From the NCBI RefSeq assembly GCF_035594765.1, contig NW_026943828.1:5175175-5239174 (forward strand): 64,000 nucleotides of DNA. The letters are read 5' to 3'. Below are positions 13,060 through 25,576 of the stretch, piece by piece. A program made the translations under genes and the position numbers. Within the stretch, counting starts at the first letter, position 1; each line of letters begins with the position of its first letter. Source of the stretch: Anolis carolinensis (Eukaryota). The notes beneath the pieces were generated by a model, which saw only the letters and a program-made list of their open reading frames with translations, ran no database searches and was not told the DNA's origin.

Positions 13060-13190
13060 AGGGGAGGCCTTGGCGGCCATTGAGGCCTCGTTTCTTCCGG
13101 GAGGGAGGCAGGCCCCGCCCCCTCCTCCTTCCCAAGACAGACCCAGAGACACTCAATCCGGATAGAAGATCAATATCAAGATCAATACCA

Positions 13191-13234
<44 letters not shown>

Positions 13235-13769
13235 CTTCGCGGCTCCAGAGGAAGCGCCTCAGAAAACAATGGCGGCGAGAGAGGCTATGCGCAGGCCCAG
13301 CCAGGAAGAAGCCCCGCCCCTTCTCCGCCCCTCGCCCCCCATTGGCCGAGTCCGTGACGCCCCGCCTACGAGCGGGCCCCTATTGGCTCCGGCCTTGATG
13401 GACGGGTGACAAGGAGGGGCGAGAAAGAAGGCGGCTTCTGAGGGCAGGATGGAGGCCCCGCCCCCTCTTCGTCGGAGGGAGTGACGTCAGGGCGTGGGCG
13501 GGGCATGGCGAGGGTTCATTCCGTCACGAAGGGGGGCGGGGCTTCTCCCTTTGAGAGACGGGAGGGAGGGGCGGGACCTCGGCCTGGCAGGGGAAGGGAG
13601 GGGCCTCATTGGCTGAGGAAGGGGAGGGCGGGGCCTTGCCTCTCGAAGCCCCGCCCAGCACAGAGCCCGTTCGAGGGCGCCCCTCCCAGCCTGGCTCTGG
13701 TGACGTCAGAGCCCCGCCCCCTCCCTCTCCCCGCAGAGCTGAGTGGCGCGATGGGTCAAGCGGCTCAGG

Positions 13770-13803
<34 letters not shown>

Positions 13804-14110
13804 GGCGTCGCGGGTTCGAGTCCCGTCTGCCGAATTCTTCAAACTCCCTCCTCCTTCGGCAGAGAGTTCCGCAGATCCCGGGGCAGATCCGGGCAAACCT
13901 TGAAGGCTGTCTGAGTGAAGCCATGGGCTTTCCCCGGACATGAAGGGCGGTCCAGCCTGACTCGGGCCCTTGGGGCTCCTCCCCGTTTCTCAGCCCAAGA
14001 GCCGGCCTTGTCCGTAGACGCCTCCAAGGTCAAGACACACGTGGCACACACACGCCATGCCATGACCGGACCCACGACACGCACACGCAGAGGCATCTCA
14101 CGTGTTTCCC
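13060..14110. promoter_or_regulatory. CpG-island promoter, probably bidirectional
   Basis: CpG-rich; CRE TGACGTCA at 13482-13489 and 13701-13708; ATTGG at 13341, 13382, 13608; several GC boxes; YY1-like AATGGCGGC at 13268. Confidence 0.8.
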
Positions 14111-15990
14111 CACCAAGGATGGACCTGGGACTCACTTGGCCCACAGAACCCCCGTGACCAGCAAAAAACACTGGAGGCCTTTGGGGGGAATTCCCCTTGA
14201 TTGGGGGGAGTTGTAGTTCCCCTCCATCCCGAGAGCACCGTGACCCCAAACACGGAGGGATCTGGGCCCCACTTGGCACGAAGACCCGATCTGCTGGAAT
14301 GGGATGCCTGCAGGGGATGGGAGGGAAGGGTCTTCCTTCCTGGGAGTCGTAGTTCACCCACCACCAGGGAAACGGGGACCTCCACCGATGGTGGGCCTGG
14401 ACCACACGTGTCACACGGAACCCCGTGACTCACTCAACCTCCGGGAAGGGTTGGAGCAGAGGAACTCACCCAAGTGGTGGGAGTTGTAGTTCACCCTGCA
14501 GCCAGAGAGCAGGCTCAACCCCACCCGTGGTGCATCCTGAGTAAACTTGTCCAACATTACAAGCTTCAAGTACCGATTGAAGTTCTGGGGGTTCACCTGG
14601 CATGGTGGGAGTTGTAGTCCACCCACAATCTTATGGATATTTGGACAATTAAAACACTGACTTTGTCAAATCACCTGGGCAACGCTGGAGTATTATTATT
14701 ATATTGTCATAATATTTTATTATATTATAATTATCAAATAATCTTATATTATTTGATAATAATATAATAGTATAATAATAATAAAAATATATAATAATAC
14801 TATAATGATACAAACAAGACGGAGGTCCTCCTGGTCAGTCAGAAGGCCAAAGAGGTTATAGGGTTACAGCCTGCACTAGATGGGGTTACACTCCCCCTGA
14901 AGACACAGGTCCACAATTGGGGACTGACTCCACATGGTGGAAGTTGTAGTTCACCCTGGATCAAGACACAGCACTGTGACCCCCACTGACAATGGACCTG
15001 GACCATAATTGGCACACAGAACCCTCATGACCAAAGGAAAATGCTGGAGGGGTTTGTGGGGGAATTCACCTTGACGTGCTGGGATTTATAGTTCACCCGC
15101 AGCCAAAGGGCACTCTGGACCCCACCAAGGATGGCCCTGAACCTGACTTAGCACACAGAACCCCCATGACCAACACAAATGCAGGAGGGCTTTGGGGGAA
15201 AGTCGCCTTGATTTATAGGAATTATAGTTCACCTACATCCAGAGAGCAGTGCAAATGCAAACAACAATGGATTTGCACCAAATTTCAAATCACATCATTT
15301 ATTTCGGTCATAGACCAGCACAGGACATAAAGGTCACAGTTACATACAAACTTGGTATGTTTAGTACATTTAAAATATAAAGATATTAAATCATTAATAT
15401 AAAGATATTAAAGATATAAAGATATTAAACAGGGGTGAGGAGCGGAAGGGGAAACAGGGCAAAAACATACAATGCAGAGGTCCATCAGCCAGTGATAGAA
15501 CCAAGAGAGAGGATCACTGGAGACATGGGTCACTTTTGGGACCATCATCCTCTGGCGGACTTTGTAGGCACAAAACTTTGCAACATTGTCGGTTGTAGCT
15601 GAATGAGTATCCACAAGTAGCTGGGAGGGATAAAAGTCTCCTGGACGGCCTGGGTGCTTGTGTATCAAAGGTAAGATAAGCCTGGTGCGGATATCCCTGG
15701 CAAGCGTACCCGATATGGCCAATTTGGAAGACTGGTAGGCTTTGGGCGGGCCTTTGGGAGTTGTAGATACTGGGATTTATAGTTCGCCTGCATCCAGAGT
15801 CACTGGGACCACCACCGACAATAGACCGGGACCAAACGTGGCACACAGGACCACCAAGACTAACTTAATATACTGGAGGGGTTTGGGGGGAACTGACCCA
15901 CCATGGTGGGAGCTGTAGTTCACCCGGCAGCTAGTGAACTCCTACTACGAAGATGCACCTAGAGAGCACATTTGCCCAGTATGACACACT
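14110..15990. repeat. Degenerate lizard repeat built from about 120-bp subrepeats (GGGAGTTGTAGTTCACC motif) mixed with LINE fragments
   Basis: Motif recurs many times; the same family is on the other strand at 23330-24210, 31545-32345, 44180-44500 and 51170-51965. Family not identified. Confidence 0.65.
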
Positions 15991-16004
15991 TTAACCAGTG
16001 ATGG

Positions 16005-16440
16005 AGTTTGTCTCTATTTTCCATCACGTACACCAAATTCCCAGTTTCATCGTCTTGAACAAAGCTTACGTTACATTTACATTTCAACCAATTCTTTGTT
16101 TATCAGGTTCTATTATATTTCCATCAGACCATAACATTAGCTGAACAGCAGTTAACACAAAAACATCCCATTCCTGTCTCTTGTGTGAATGTATTACATT
16201 ACCCATGATGTTAACCTACATGTACCATCTTCCATGTTTATAGCACACGTGCTCCTATCTGTGTGAGGTGTGGTGGGCACACGTGATCTGCTTCCCGTGC
16301 TTCCCATTGTGTTATATCCATTGTGGTGCTTCCTTTATAAATCTTTGTTTCTGAGCACAATATCTTACTTGACATAAAATAAGGCACCCAGAATATCCCG
16401 TTGACTACGAGAAGAGTTATTGTTATATCACAAACCATTG
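16005..16440 (-). repeat. Inverted diverged copy of ZF downstream sequence (17355-17431 plus 18334-18656; 39145-39545)
   Basis: Peptides 16238- and 39148+ align (MVCD.T.TL.VVNGIF...KIYKG.TTMDI.QWEAREAD). Confidence 0.85.
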
Positions 16441-17431
16441 TCTGAACTGTGCCATGTTTTCAACTCCAGACTTAATAATTCAAATTTCCAAATTTTATCT
16501 TCTATTTTTTAAAAGTTATTAACTTAAAATCTGTATGAACCAAATCTTCCAACCTTCCCGTTTGTGTGAACGTGTTTGCATGACTTCCCAGCAAAGCAAC
16601 CAGACGTGGTCTCTGAAGGGCCTCCTGGATCTCACGGACCTCACTCTTCCCTGAACACTCGGCATCCAAAGAACAGGAACCCTTTGGGTCCAGAACAAAA
16701 CAAGCGGATGCCGGATCTGGACCAAACTGGGCACACAGACCCAACATGGCCAACTGTGAGGGTTTGGGGGTGGTTGACCTTGGTGTGTGGGAGTTGTAGT
16801 TCGCCCTGCATCCAGAGAGCATTCGGAAGCCCACCAATGACAGATGGGCACCAAACTTAGCACACAGAACCCCGATGACCAGCAGAAAACACTGGAGGGG
16901 TTTGCGGGATAGACAAGGCAGTGGAAAAGAATAGATGAGGATCAAAGCAGTGAATACATGTTGTGTAAAGCATAGTAGGAATAATAATGTCTGAAGGAAG
17001 ACAATTGAATCCAAACCCATGCCACCAACACCGAAGAAGGAATGATGTTCAAAGGCGCTCTAGATTCTCGGTACTGTAACCAGGCCTGAAGCCAGACTGA
17101 CAGAAGTAGTTAGTTTCATGTGTAGTTGCATTATATACAATTTCTGCCTTTTTTGTAATGTTGCTTTTAATCTCTCTTTTTTGATTTTGATTTTTTTTTG
17201 CCATAAAGAGGGGGATTTATAAGGGACAAAACTGCTGAAACCGTCAACTTGTTTTGTTCTGAACCCAAAGGTTTCCTGTTCTTTGGCTGCCGAGTGTTCA
17301 GGGAAGAGTGAGGTCTGTGAGATCAGTGAGTAGAAAACATGACACAATTTAGATAATGGTTTGTGACACAACAACAACCCTTGTAGTAGTCAATGGGATA
17401 TTCTGTATGCCTTCTTTAATGTCAAGTAAGA

Positions 17432-18333
17432 CAATTTCCCCTTATGTCTGGAGGCTCTGTCGAACTGGCTACGTGCTAGTAGACTGAAGGTGAACCCGGC
17501 GAAGACCGAGATTCTCTGGCATGGCCGCTCGACTGGTCTGACCCACTTGCTACCCACCTTCGATGGTGCTGCCCTATCTCCTTCGCCCACCGTTAAGAGC
17601 CTGGGTGTCGTTTTAGATTCACAGCTGACAATGGAAGCTCAGGTCGCTGCTGCCAGCAAACAGGCCTTTTCCCACCTACGACAAGCGAGGCAACTGGCAC
17701 CCTATCTATCTGATGAGGCACTGGCAACGGTCATCCATGCCACGGTCACGTCTAGGCTGGACTATTGCAACGCCCTGTATGTTGGCCTTCCGACGTCCAC
17801 GACCCGAAAGCTCCGTATTGTTCAGAATGCAGCAGCCAGGCTCCTCACAAGAACACCCATGAAATGCCACATCACACCAGTGCTGCAGCATCTGCATTGG
17901 CTTCCAACTGATTACCGTGGTCTATATAAGATGCTAGTCCTGACCTTTAAAACTCTTTACGGCCAGGGCCCATCGTCCCTTAGGGACCATCTCTCCTTCT
18001 CCCATCATCGGAGGTCGCAACGACCATCCCAACGAGACTTACTTTATGTACCGGGTCCTAGAGAAGTGCACTTGGAAAGGACCAGGCGCAGAGCTTTTTC
18101 TATTTCTGCCCCTGCCTTATGGAATGCCTTGCCGCCCCAGATGAGAGCCATGCGTGAGTTAGGGCCTTTGACCCTCGCACTCAAGACCTGGCTCTTTACT
18201 AGAGCTTTTAATCTATGTTAATTTTATCAATATTTGTATGTATATATTTTTATCCTTTACAATTTTATCTTGTAAATCGCCTAGAGCATCGTGGATGGAG
18301 GGCAATTAATAAATAGTTAAATGATGATGATGA
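17432..18333 (+). mobile_element. 5'-truncated L2 LINE with open ORF2 C-terminus and (GAT)n tail
   Basis: NPAKTE...LGVVLDSQL...SRLDYCNALY.GLP...QNAAARLL...LHWLP; the paralog has the empty site GTAAGA^TATTGTG near 39222. Confidence 0.93.
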
Positions 18334-20220
18334 TATTGTGCTCAGATACAAAGATTTATAAAGGAAACACCACAATGGATATAAAACAGTGGGAAGCGCG
18401 GGAAGCAGATTATGTGTGCTCACCATACCTCACACAGATAGGACCACGTGTGCTATAAACATGGAAGATGTGATACATTCACACCAGATACAGGAATGGG
18501 ATGTCTTTGTGTTACTACTGTTTAGCTAATGTTGTGGTCTGATGGAAATATAATAGAACCCGATAAACAAACATTCGGTTGAAATGTAAATGTAACATAA
18601 CTTTTGTTCAAGATGATGAAACTGGGAATTTGGTGTACGTGATGGAGAATGGAGACAGTGAAATAGACTTGAAGTTTAAAAAGTTATCCATAAATATAAG
18701 ATAAGGAATTAATTGGGAAAAATTAAATATACTCGTAAAAACGAATCAGCAGGTGAAGAAACATTTGGAGAGTTATGAGGAAAGAAGTAAGAAAGGTTTT
18801 GTTAGGATCCAAGAGGTTGATGGAGAACGTCAGAGCGTGGCCGCAGAAGGAAGCAGCCCGACAGAACGTCACTGGTGGGATAAAATCAACGGATATTCAC
18901 CCAAAGCGGCAGCAGCATGTTTACATCTATTGATGCACCCAATAGTAAGGTGAGGGCTACAAGGAGGGACTGATCGATTTTCTGTATTTGAAAACAAATT
19001 GCAATACTTAGAAACGCAATTGTGAACTGTGATGTATGTTGACTCTATTGAGAGGGTTGATGGGCCAAAGTGCCTGCATTTCTATTCTATTTCTCTTCTA
19101 TTTCTGATTGCTTTTAATTATGCATTATTAAGGTGTCTGCTTCAACTTATTCTATTAAAGATGCAACCTGCCTTCTTCCAGAGGAGAGGCAAGTGTCCGT
19201 ATGTCGCCACTATGTTTCCGGAACATCTTGTGGTTAATGTGGTTAAGCTACTTACTGGAACATAAGTGAACAACATGTTTTTCTACAAATGTTTATGATA
19301 AAGGAAGCACGCTTGCAACACTCTGTACTGCTCCAAAGAAATGAGGAACTTCTTAGTTGTAAACAAGGGCATTATATATTGAGCTTCATTTCCAATGTTC
19401 TTCACGGCGGTCACCTTTGATTTGTCCATCCGTCTATACTGCAGTATAATAAAGGTACTTGTTTTAAACTCTGTTGGGCTCAGATTGGATCCATAGCGCT
19501 TCAGCAAAGTTCCCGGTATTTAAATCTATGTGAGCGGTTCGCTTTTCCGCTAAATATAACTATATTAAACTGATTATATACATAGAATTGACACTGAATC
19601 AGACATGTGATACAATAAAGTAGTATTGATGTATCCAGGGCGTGTGTGTAAGAAACGGGAGTGTGTTTGTGTGGGTGCTTGTGAAGAAAGAAGAAACGGG
19701 CCTCAAAAGAAAACGGAGTTCATGCAAAGTGTGACATGGGACGGACTTGGGTGGTGAAGAGTGAGGCTTGTCAGCTCCAACGGGATGGGAGGAAGGGGCT
19801 GCCGCAGAAAGGCCGGGGGAGATGGCCTGAGGAGACGGAGCGGCCGCTGGAAGGCCGGAGCTAGCCTCTTGCCCCCCGGGGCTGGTGTGACCCACTTGGA
19901 TGGGGGGGGGGGAGCTGCATTCAAGGGAGTGTGAGATCCTGCCCCCTCTCCTCCTTCGGAGCCTGCTTCTTCCCCCAAAATGCCTGCGGGTTGGTCCTCT
20001 CTCTCTCCTTCCTCCAGGCTGGTGCAGGCAGAAGCTACAGAGAGTAAGGGATTTAGAGCAAATTGTAAGGCTTGTCAGCTCCAACTGTGTTGGTGTGGGT
20101 TAGTCTTCTTTGAAAGAGAGCCCAGGCACACAAGGGCTGAAGATCCCATACGGCTTTAATGTTCAGAATACAAGAGTCTGCTCCACTGCCTGTGTATATA
20201 GGCCTAGCTACAGTATCATC

Positions 20221-20552
20221 GGGAGCTTCCGGTGGCTCAGTGTGTTAAAGCGCTGAGCTGCTGAACTTGCAGACCGAAAGGTCCCAGGTTCAAATCCGGG
20301 GAGCGGAGTGAGCGCCCGCTGTTAGCTCCAGCTTCTGCCAACCTAGCAGTTCGAAAACATGCAAATGTGAGTAGATCAATAGGTACCGCTCCGGCAGGAA
20401 GGTAACAGCGTTCCATGCGGTCACGCCGGCCACATGACCTTGGAGGTGTCTACGGACAACGCCGGCTCTTTGGCTTAGAAATGGAGATGAGCACCAACCC
20501 CCAGAGTCGGACACGACTGGACTTAACGTCAGGGGAAACCTTGACCTTTACC
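20221..20552 (+). mobile_element. Sauria SINE, full length
   Basis: tRNA-like head (GGTGGCTCAGTG A box, GGTTCAAATCC B box), Bov-B-like AGAGTCGGACACGACTG tail, ACCTTT repeats, imperfect TSD GTATCATC/GTACCATC. Confidence 0.93.
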
Positions 20553-20711
20553 GTACCATCAATCACTCTAGAGTCCCTTTCCCCCCACCTCAGGGCATTT
20601 AGGTTTTATGGCTGGTTCATGTGTCCTATCCTCCCTTTTGGCCCATGGCCTTGTGCTCTCCGTCAGTGCTCTGTGTCCGGAGATGGCATGAGATGGGGAT
20701 CATGGCATCAG

Positions 20712-20930
20712 ATTCAGATGAGTTGACTTGGGTTCATTTGAGTCAAGTTGGGTTCACTTGACTTGAGTTGGGTTCCGTTGAGTTGTCCAAGATTTGAGTT
20801 GTATTCATTTGGGTTCTGATGAGTTGAGTTGGGTTCAGTTGAGTTGTCTTGGGTTCCATTGAGTTGAGTTGGATTCTGATGAGTTGGGTTCTGATGAGTT
20901 GTCCAAGGCTTGAATTGTATCCAGTTGGGT
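20712..20930. repeat. Pentamer-based simple satellite (GAGTT/GGGTT/CTGAT); second copy at 41620-41838
   Basis: Repeated TGAGTTGGGTTC-type units. Confidence 0.8.
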
Positions 20931-21717
20931 GTGAGGCTTGTCAGCTCCAACTGTGTGGTGTGGGTTAGTCTTCTTTTAAACAATACGCCAAGAGACACAA
21001 GGGCTGGAGATACCTACGGCATTATTGTTCGGAATATGAGTCTGCTCTACTGCCCGTATATATAGGCTTAGCTACAGTATCAAATCACCCTGGAGTCCTG
21101 GCGCCTGGAGGTTGCCCATTCCCACCTTCCAGAGTCCCTTTTCCCCACCTCGGGGCAATTGAGTTTTATGGCTGGTTCGTATGTCCTGTCCTCCCTTTTG
21201 GCCCATGGTCATGTGCTCTGTGTCAGCGCTTTGTGTCCGGAGATGGCATGAGATGGGGATCACAACATGAAGCGAGGAACCAACAAGGCGTCTCTCACCT
21301 GGCAAGACGGAACGAGGGTCCAGTAAGGCGTATCCGAATAACAATGGTCAATAACGTGTGCAGGTGGGACCCCATAAGTCCTACAGCCTGAGATGGAGAA
21401 TGTTTTGAAACCATGCCATAAGAACGGAAGGAACAGCACGTTCCCCGAAAGAAGGACTAAACTTTAGGGTATCAAATGCCTCAAAGATTCAGCACGCTTT
21501 CTGGACCTGTGACTACGGAGCGTCCACACCTGTCGGGAGAACCTGATCACCTCTTCTGGGCAGGGTCTGTGTGTGTGAGTATGGATGTATGCATGTGCGT
21601 GTGGGTGAGAGCTCTCTCTAGATGTGATTTGGATATGATTCTGATGGGATTATCAATAAATGTTACATGAAAAGTGTTAAAACCGAATTTGGTCTCTAAA
21701 AGCGCCTCACTGATCCC

Positions 21718-22074
21718 TCTGCTGCTGCTCAGTCGTTTAGTCGTCTCCGACTCTTCGTGACCTCATGGACCAGTCCAGGCCAGAGCTCCCTGTCGGCCGT
21801 CACCGCCCCCAGTTCCTTCAAGGTCAAGCCAGTCACTTCAAGGACACCGTCCATCCATCTCGCCCTTGGTCGGCCTCTCTTCCTTTTTCCTTCCATTTTC
21901 CTCACCATCGTGATCTATTCCAAGCTTTCCTGTCTCCTCATGATGTGGCCAAAATACTTCAGCTTTGCCTCCAATATCCTTCCCTCCAGTGAGCAGTCCT
22001 TGTTGGGCTTTCTTTCCTGGAGGACGGTCTGGTCGGAACTTCTTGCCAAGGTCCAAGGCACGCTCAGGATTTTC
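21718..22074 (-). mobile_element. Bov-B (RTE) LINE 3' fragment; duplicate at about 42611-42964
   Basis: LKYFGHIMRRQESLE...GKRKRGRPRARWMD on the minus strand; GAGTCGGAGACGACT tail. Confidence 0.88.
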
Positions 22075-22168
22075 CTCACGATTCCCTAAACACTCTGCAT
22101 CCAACAAAAGAACAGGAACCCTTTGGGTTCGTAACACTTGTATTATTATTATTATTATTATTCTATTA

Positions 22169-22487
22169 CAGTAGAGTCTCACTTTTCCAACATAAACGGG
22201 CCAACAGAATGTTGGATAAGTGAATATGTTGGATAATAAGGCCCTCCTTATTATCCCTATTAAGGAAACGCCTATTAAACATCAAATTAGGTTATGATTT
22301 TAAAAATTAAGCACCAAAACATCATGTTATCACAAATTTGACAGAAAAAGTAGTTCAATATGTAGTAATGCTATGTAGTAATTACTGTATTTACGAACTT
22401 AGCACCAAAATATCACGATGTATTGAAAACATTTACTACAAAAATGCGTTGGATAATCCAGTACGTTGGATAAGTGAGACTATACTG
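22169..22487. mobile_element. Tc1/mariner-pogo type MITE; duplicate at 43047-43340
   Basis: TIR CAGTAGAGTCTCACTT, TA flanks. Confidence 0.85.
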
Positions 22488-22619
22488 TAATATGTTTATA
22501 TAATTGTTATATTACTATATTCTATTATTGTATTTTATTATTATATTATTTATTGTAGGATTATTCTATATTATATTCTTTATTTTTCTAATCTATTTTC
22601 ATATTATTATATTGTTCTG

Positions 22620-23092
22620 TTGTTTCTTCGTTCTGTCCCTTCCGATTCTTGGTGACCTCCTGGACCAGCCCAGGCCAGAGCTCCCTGTCGGCCCAGGCCA
22701 CCCGCACCTCCTTCAAGGTGGAGTTAGTTTCTTCAAGGATACCATCCACCCACCTTGCTCTTGGTCGGCCCCTCTTCCCCTTTCCTTCCCTTTCCCCCAG
22801 CATCGTTCTCTTCTCCATACTTTCCTGTCTTCTCATGATGTGGCCAAAGGGCTTCATCTTTGCCTCTCCTCTGCTTCCCTCCAGTGAGCAGTCAGTCGGG
22901 CCTTCTTTCCTGGCGGATGGACTGGTTGGATCTTCTCGCGGTCCAAGGCACTCTCAGGACTTCCCTCCAACACCACAGTTCTTCCTTCGCTCAGCCTTCC
23001 TTATGGCCCAACTCTCTCTCGCATCCATAGGTCACTACTGGGAATACCATTGCCTTAGCTACGTGGACCTTCGTTGCCAGTGTGATGCCTCT
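22620..23092 (-). mobile_element. Older Bov-B LINE 3' fragment; duplicate at about 43472-43945, inverted homolog at about 27447-27715
   Basis: FGHIMRRQESMEKRTMLG..EGK.KRGRPRARWVDGI; AMVFPVVT motif further 5'. Confidence 0.85.
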
Positions 23093-23094
23093 AC

Positions 23095-23325
23095 GTAAAG
23101 GGAAAGGTTTTCCCCTGATGTTGTCCGGTCATGTCTGACTCTGGGGTTGGTGCTCATCTCCATTTCTAAGCCGAAGAGCCAACGTTCGTAGACGCCTCCA
23201 AGGTCCTGTGGTCACTGGCATGACTGCATGGAGCACCAATGTTACATTCCTGCCGGAACGATACCTATTGATCTACTCACATTTGCATGTTTCCAAACTG
23301 CTAGGTTGGCAGAAGCTGGGGCTGG
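23095..23325 (-). mobile_element. Sauria SINE 3' part; duplicate at about 43948-44180
   Basis: Reverse complement of the SINE body and tail. Confidence 0.85.
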
Positions 23326-24230
23326 AATGGTCACTACCCTCACCCAAACCCCTCCAGTCATCAAATCCCGGCCTATCAGGTCTGTGTGCCAAGTTGGGCC
23401 CAGATCCCTCCGTGTTTGGGTTCACGGTGCTCTCTGGATGGAGGTGAACTACAACTCCCCCAAATCAAGGTGAATTCCCCCCCAAAGGCCTCCAGTATTT
23501 TTGCTGGTCACGGGGGTTCTGTGGGCCAAGTGAGTTCCAGGTCCATCGTTGGTGGAGTTCAGAGTGCTCATTGGTTGCAGGTGAACTGTACATCCCAGTC
23601 CCTACAACTCAGGGCCAATTCCCCTCCAAACCCACCAGTATTCACATGTGGGCCCATCAGGTCTGCAGGCCAAGTCTGGTCCAGGCTCATCCGTGTTTGG
23701 GTTCACAGTGCGCTCTGGGTGGAGGTGAACTACAACTCCCCCAAATCAAGGTGAATTCCCCCCAAAGACCTCCCGTATTTTTTGCTGGTCATGGGGTTTC
23801 TGTGGGCCAAGTCTGGCCCAATTCCATCATTGCTAGAGTTCAGAGTGCTGTTAGATTGCGCGTGAACTATACATCCCAGTCCCTACAACTCATAGAAACC
23901 ATGGTGAATTCTCCCCAGACCCCCCCCCCTCTCTAGTATGTTCTGCTGCTGACCAGTTCCTCTGTTTGCTGTGCGCCATAGAAAAGGATAGGACGTAGAA
24001 GGGAATTGGCATGGCCCCGCCCACTGCCTCTCCCTTAACCCTTTCCTATTCTTTCCTGTGGCACACAGCAACTGGAGATTGAGGTTTGGGGAGTCCTGAC
24101 CCTGACTGAGAGGAGTCGTAGGGAGTGGAACGTATAGTTCTGCTGCAATCCAAGAGCCCTGTGAACGCCAACAACGAAGGGCCTGGGACTCACTTGGCAC
24201 ACAGACCCAACACGGCCACCTTGGCATCCC

Positions 24231-24600
24231 GGGCCGGGCTGTGGTGCAGCCGGTTAGTAGCCATCTGCAATAAATCACGACTGACTGAGAGGTTGTGGGA
24301 TCGAAGGCCGGGTCAGATTGAGTTCCCGACCATTAAGAGCCTGGCTCGCTGCTCACGTAAGCAGCTTGAAAGACAGTTGCATCTGTGGAGTAGGGCCCGG
24401 GCTGTGGCGCAGGCTGGTGAGCAGCCAGCTGCAACAAATCACTCTGACCAAGAGGTCATGAGTTCGAGGCCAGCTCGGAGCCTGCGTTTGTCTTTGTTCT
24501 ATGTCAAGGCATTGAATGTTTGCCTTCTATGTGTCATGTGATCCCTTCGGGGTGAGAAGGGCGGAATATAAATACTGTAAATAAATACATAAATAAATAA
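24231..24600 (+). mobile_element. Two adjacent tRNA-derived SINE heads followed by an L2-like tail; duplicate at about 44802-45190
   Basis: GGGCCGGGCTGTGG(T/C)GCAG heads at 24231 and 24393 with B-box-like GGATCGAAG and AGTTCGAGGCC; CCCTTCGGGGTGAGAAGGGCGG and (TAAA)n tail. Confidence 0.6.
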
Positions 24601-25004
24601 ATGCATTCTAGGTACCGCTTTAACATGGCTGTTCTGTTGTGCTTTTGAGTAGACAAGTCTGTTATAACCTGGTCCATGTCTACACTGAAACTTGCCCTGC
24701 TCACTTTTGAGTTTGATTCCCGTTCAGATTCATCTTCCTTACCGGTTGTATCTATTTGATGTATGTCCTATTTGTAAACGGACACTCCCTAAATCAGTTT
24801 TAATTATCGCCCAGATGTGATCCTATATTGGACCTTTAATGATTGTTTAACATTTTAACTTTGTCGATTTTAACTATGACCTGTTTAAATTGTTTTTAAA
24901 TTGTGTTGTCTGAGGTCTAAATTGTTATTTTATGATTTTATGTGATTATATTGAGCCGCCCCGAGTCCCCTGCTGGGGAGATGGAGGCAGCATACAAAAA
25001 TAAA

Positions 25005-25440
25005 TTTATTATTATTATTGTTATTGACACAACAACATTGTATGACACAGCAAACAAGATAGACATGCTGGATTTCGTGTCACAAAATCACAAGTCAAAC
25101 ACTTCCCAAGTATCTAGGACTCTGTGATGTATTTTCGGATGATGCACACAGATCCCAGTAGGGTGGCCTTTTGCAGTTGGCAGATCGTGAGTTTGTCAAT
25201 GTCTATTGTGTCCAAATGCCAGCTGAGATCTTTTGGCACGGCACCCAATGTGCCCATCACCATCGGGACCACCTGCACTGGTTTCTGCCAGAGTCTTTGA
25301 AGTTCAATCTTGAAGTCCTGAGAGCGGCTGAGTTTTTCCTGTTGTTTTTCGTCAATGCGACTGTCACCTGGGATGGCGACATCCATGATCCAAACCTTTT
25401 TCTTTTCCACAACTGTGATGCCTGGTGTGTTGTGTTGTAT
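25005..25440 (-). mobile_element. R4/Dong LINE 3' fragment (restriction-like endonuclease)
   Basis: KKVWIMDVAIPGD.RI..KQQEKL..QD.KIELQRLW...G.LG; ends in (TAA)n. Confidence 0.85.
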
Positions 25441-25562
25441 TCCAATGAATCAATTATTCCAATGGCTTTCCCGTCCTGCCTCTCCTCTGGTCCTGTCCAT
25501 CAAGCAAGCTCTCCCTCCCTGCCCCCTCCCTCCCCCCTCCCTCCCTGGATGGCTGTTCCATG

Positions 25563-25576
25563 CCTGCAGGGGGCGC
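25563..25576 (+). promoter_or_regulatory. Candidate CTCF site; duplicate at 47189-47202
   Basis: CCTGCAGGGGGCGC, one mismatch to the CCASYAGRKGGCRS core. Confidence 0.5.

Larger units (their letters stand above)
19647..22136 (+). mobile_element. Probable solo LTR, expanded by internal duplication, SINE and Bov-B insertions
   Basis: TGTAAG...GTAACA ends, AATAAA at 21655-21660; compact homolog inverted at 27855-28685; no clear TSD. Confidence 0.5.

Noticed and set aside
15408-15722. 104-aa minus-strand ORF
   Set aside because: Looks like a LINE C-terminal remnant, but I could not assign a clade with confidence.
17490-18221. 243-aa ORF as a host gene
   Set aside because: It is the C-terminus of a truncated L2 ORF2, absent from the paralogous site.
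20221-20300. tRNA genes at SINE heads
   Set aside because: A/B boxes continue into SINE body and tail; no convincing cloverleaf.
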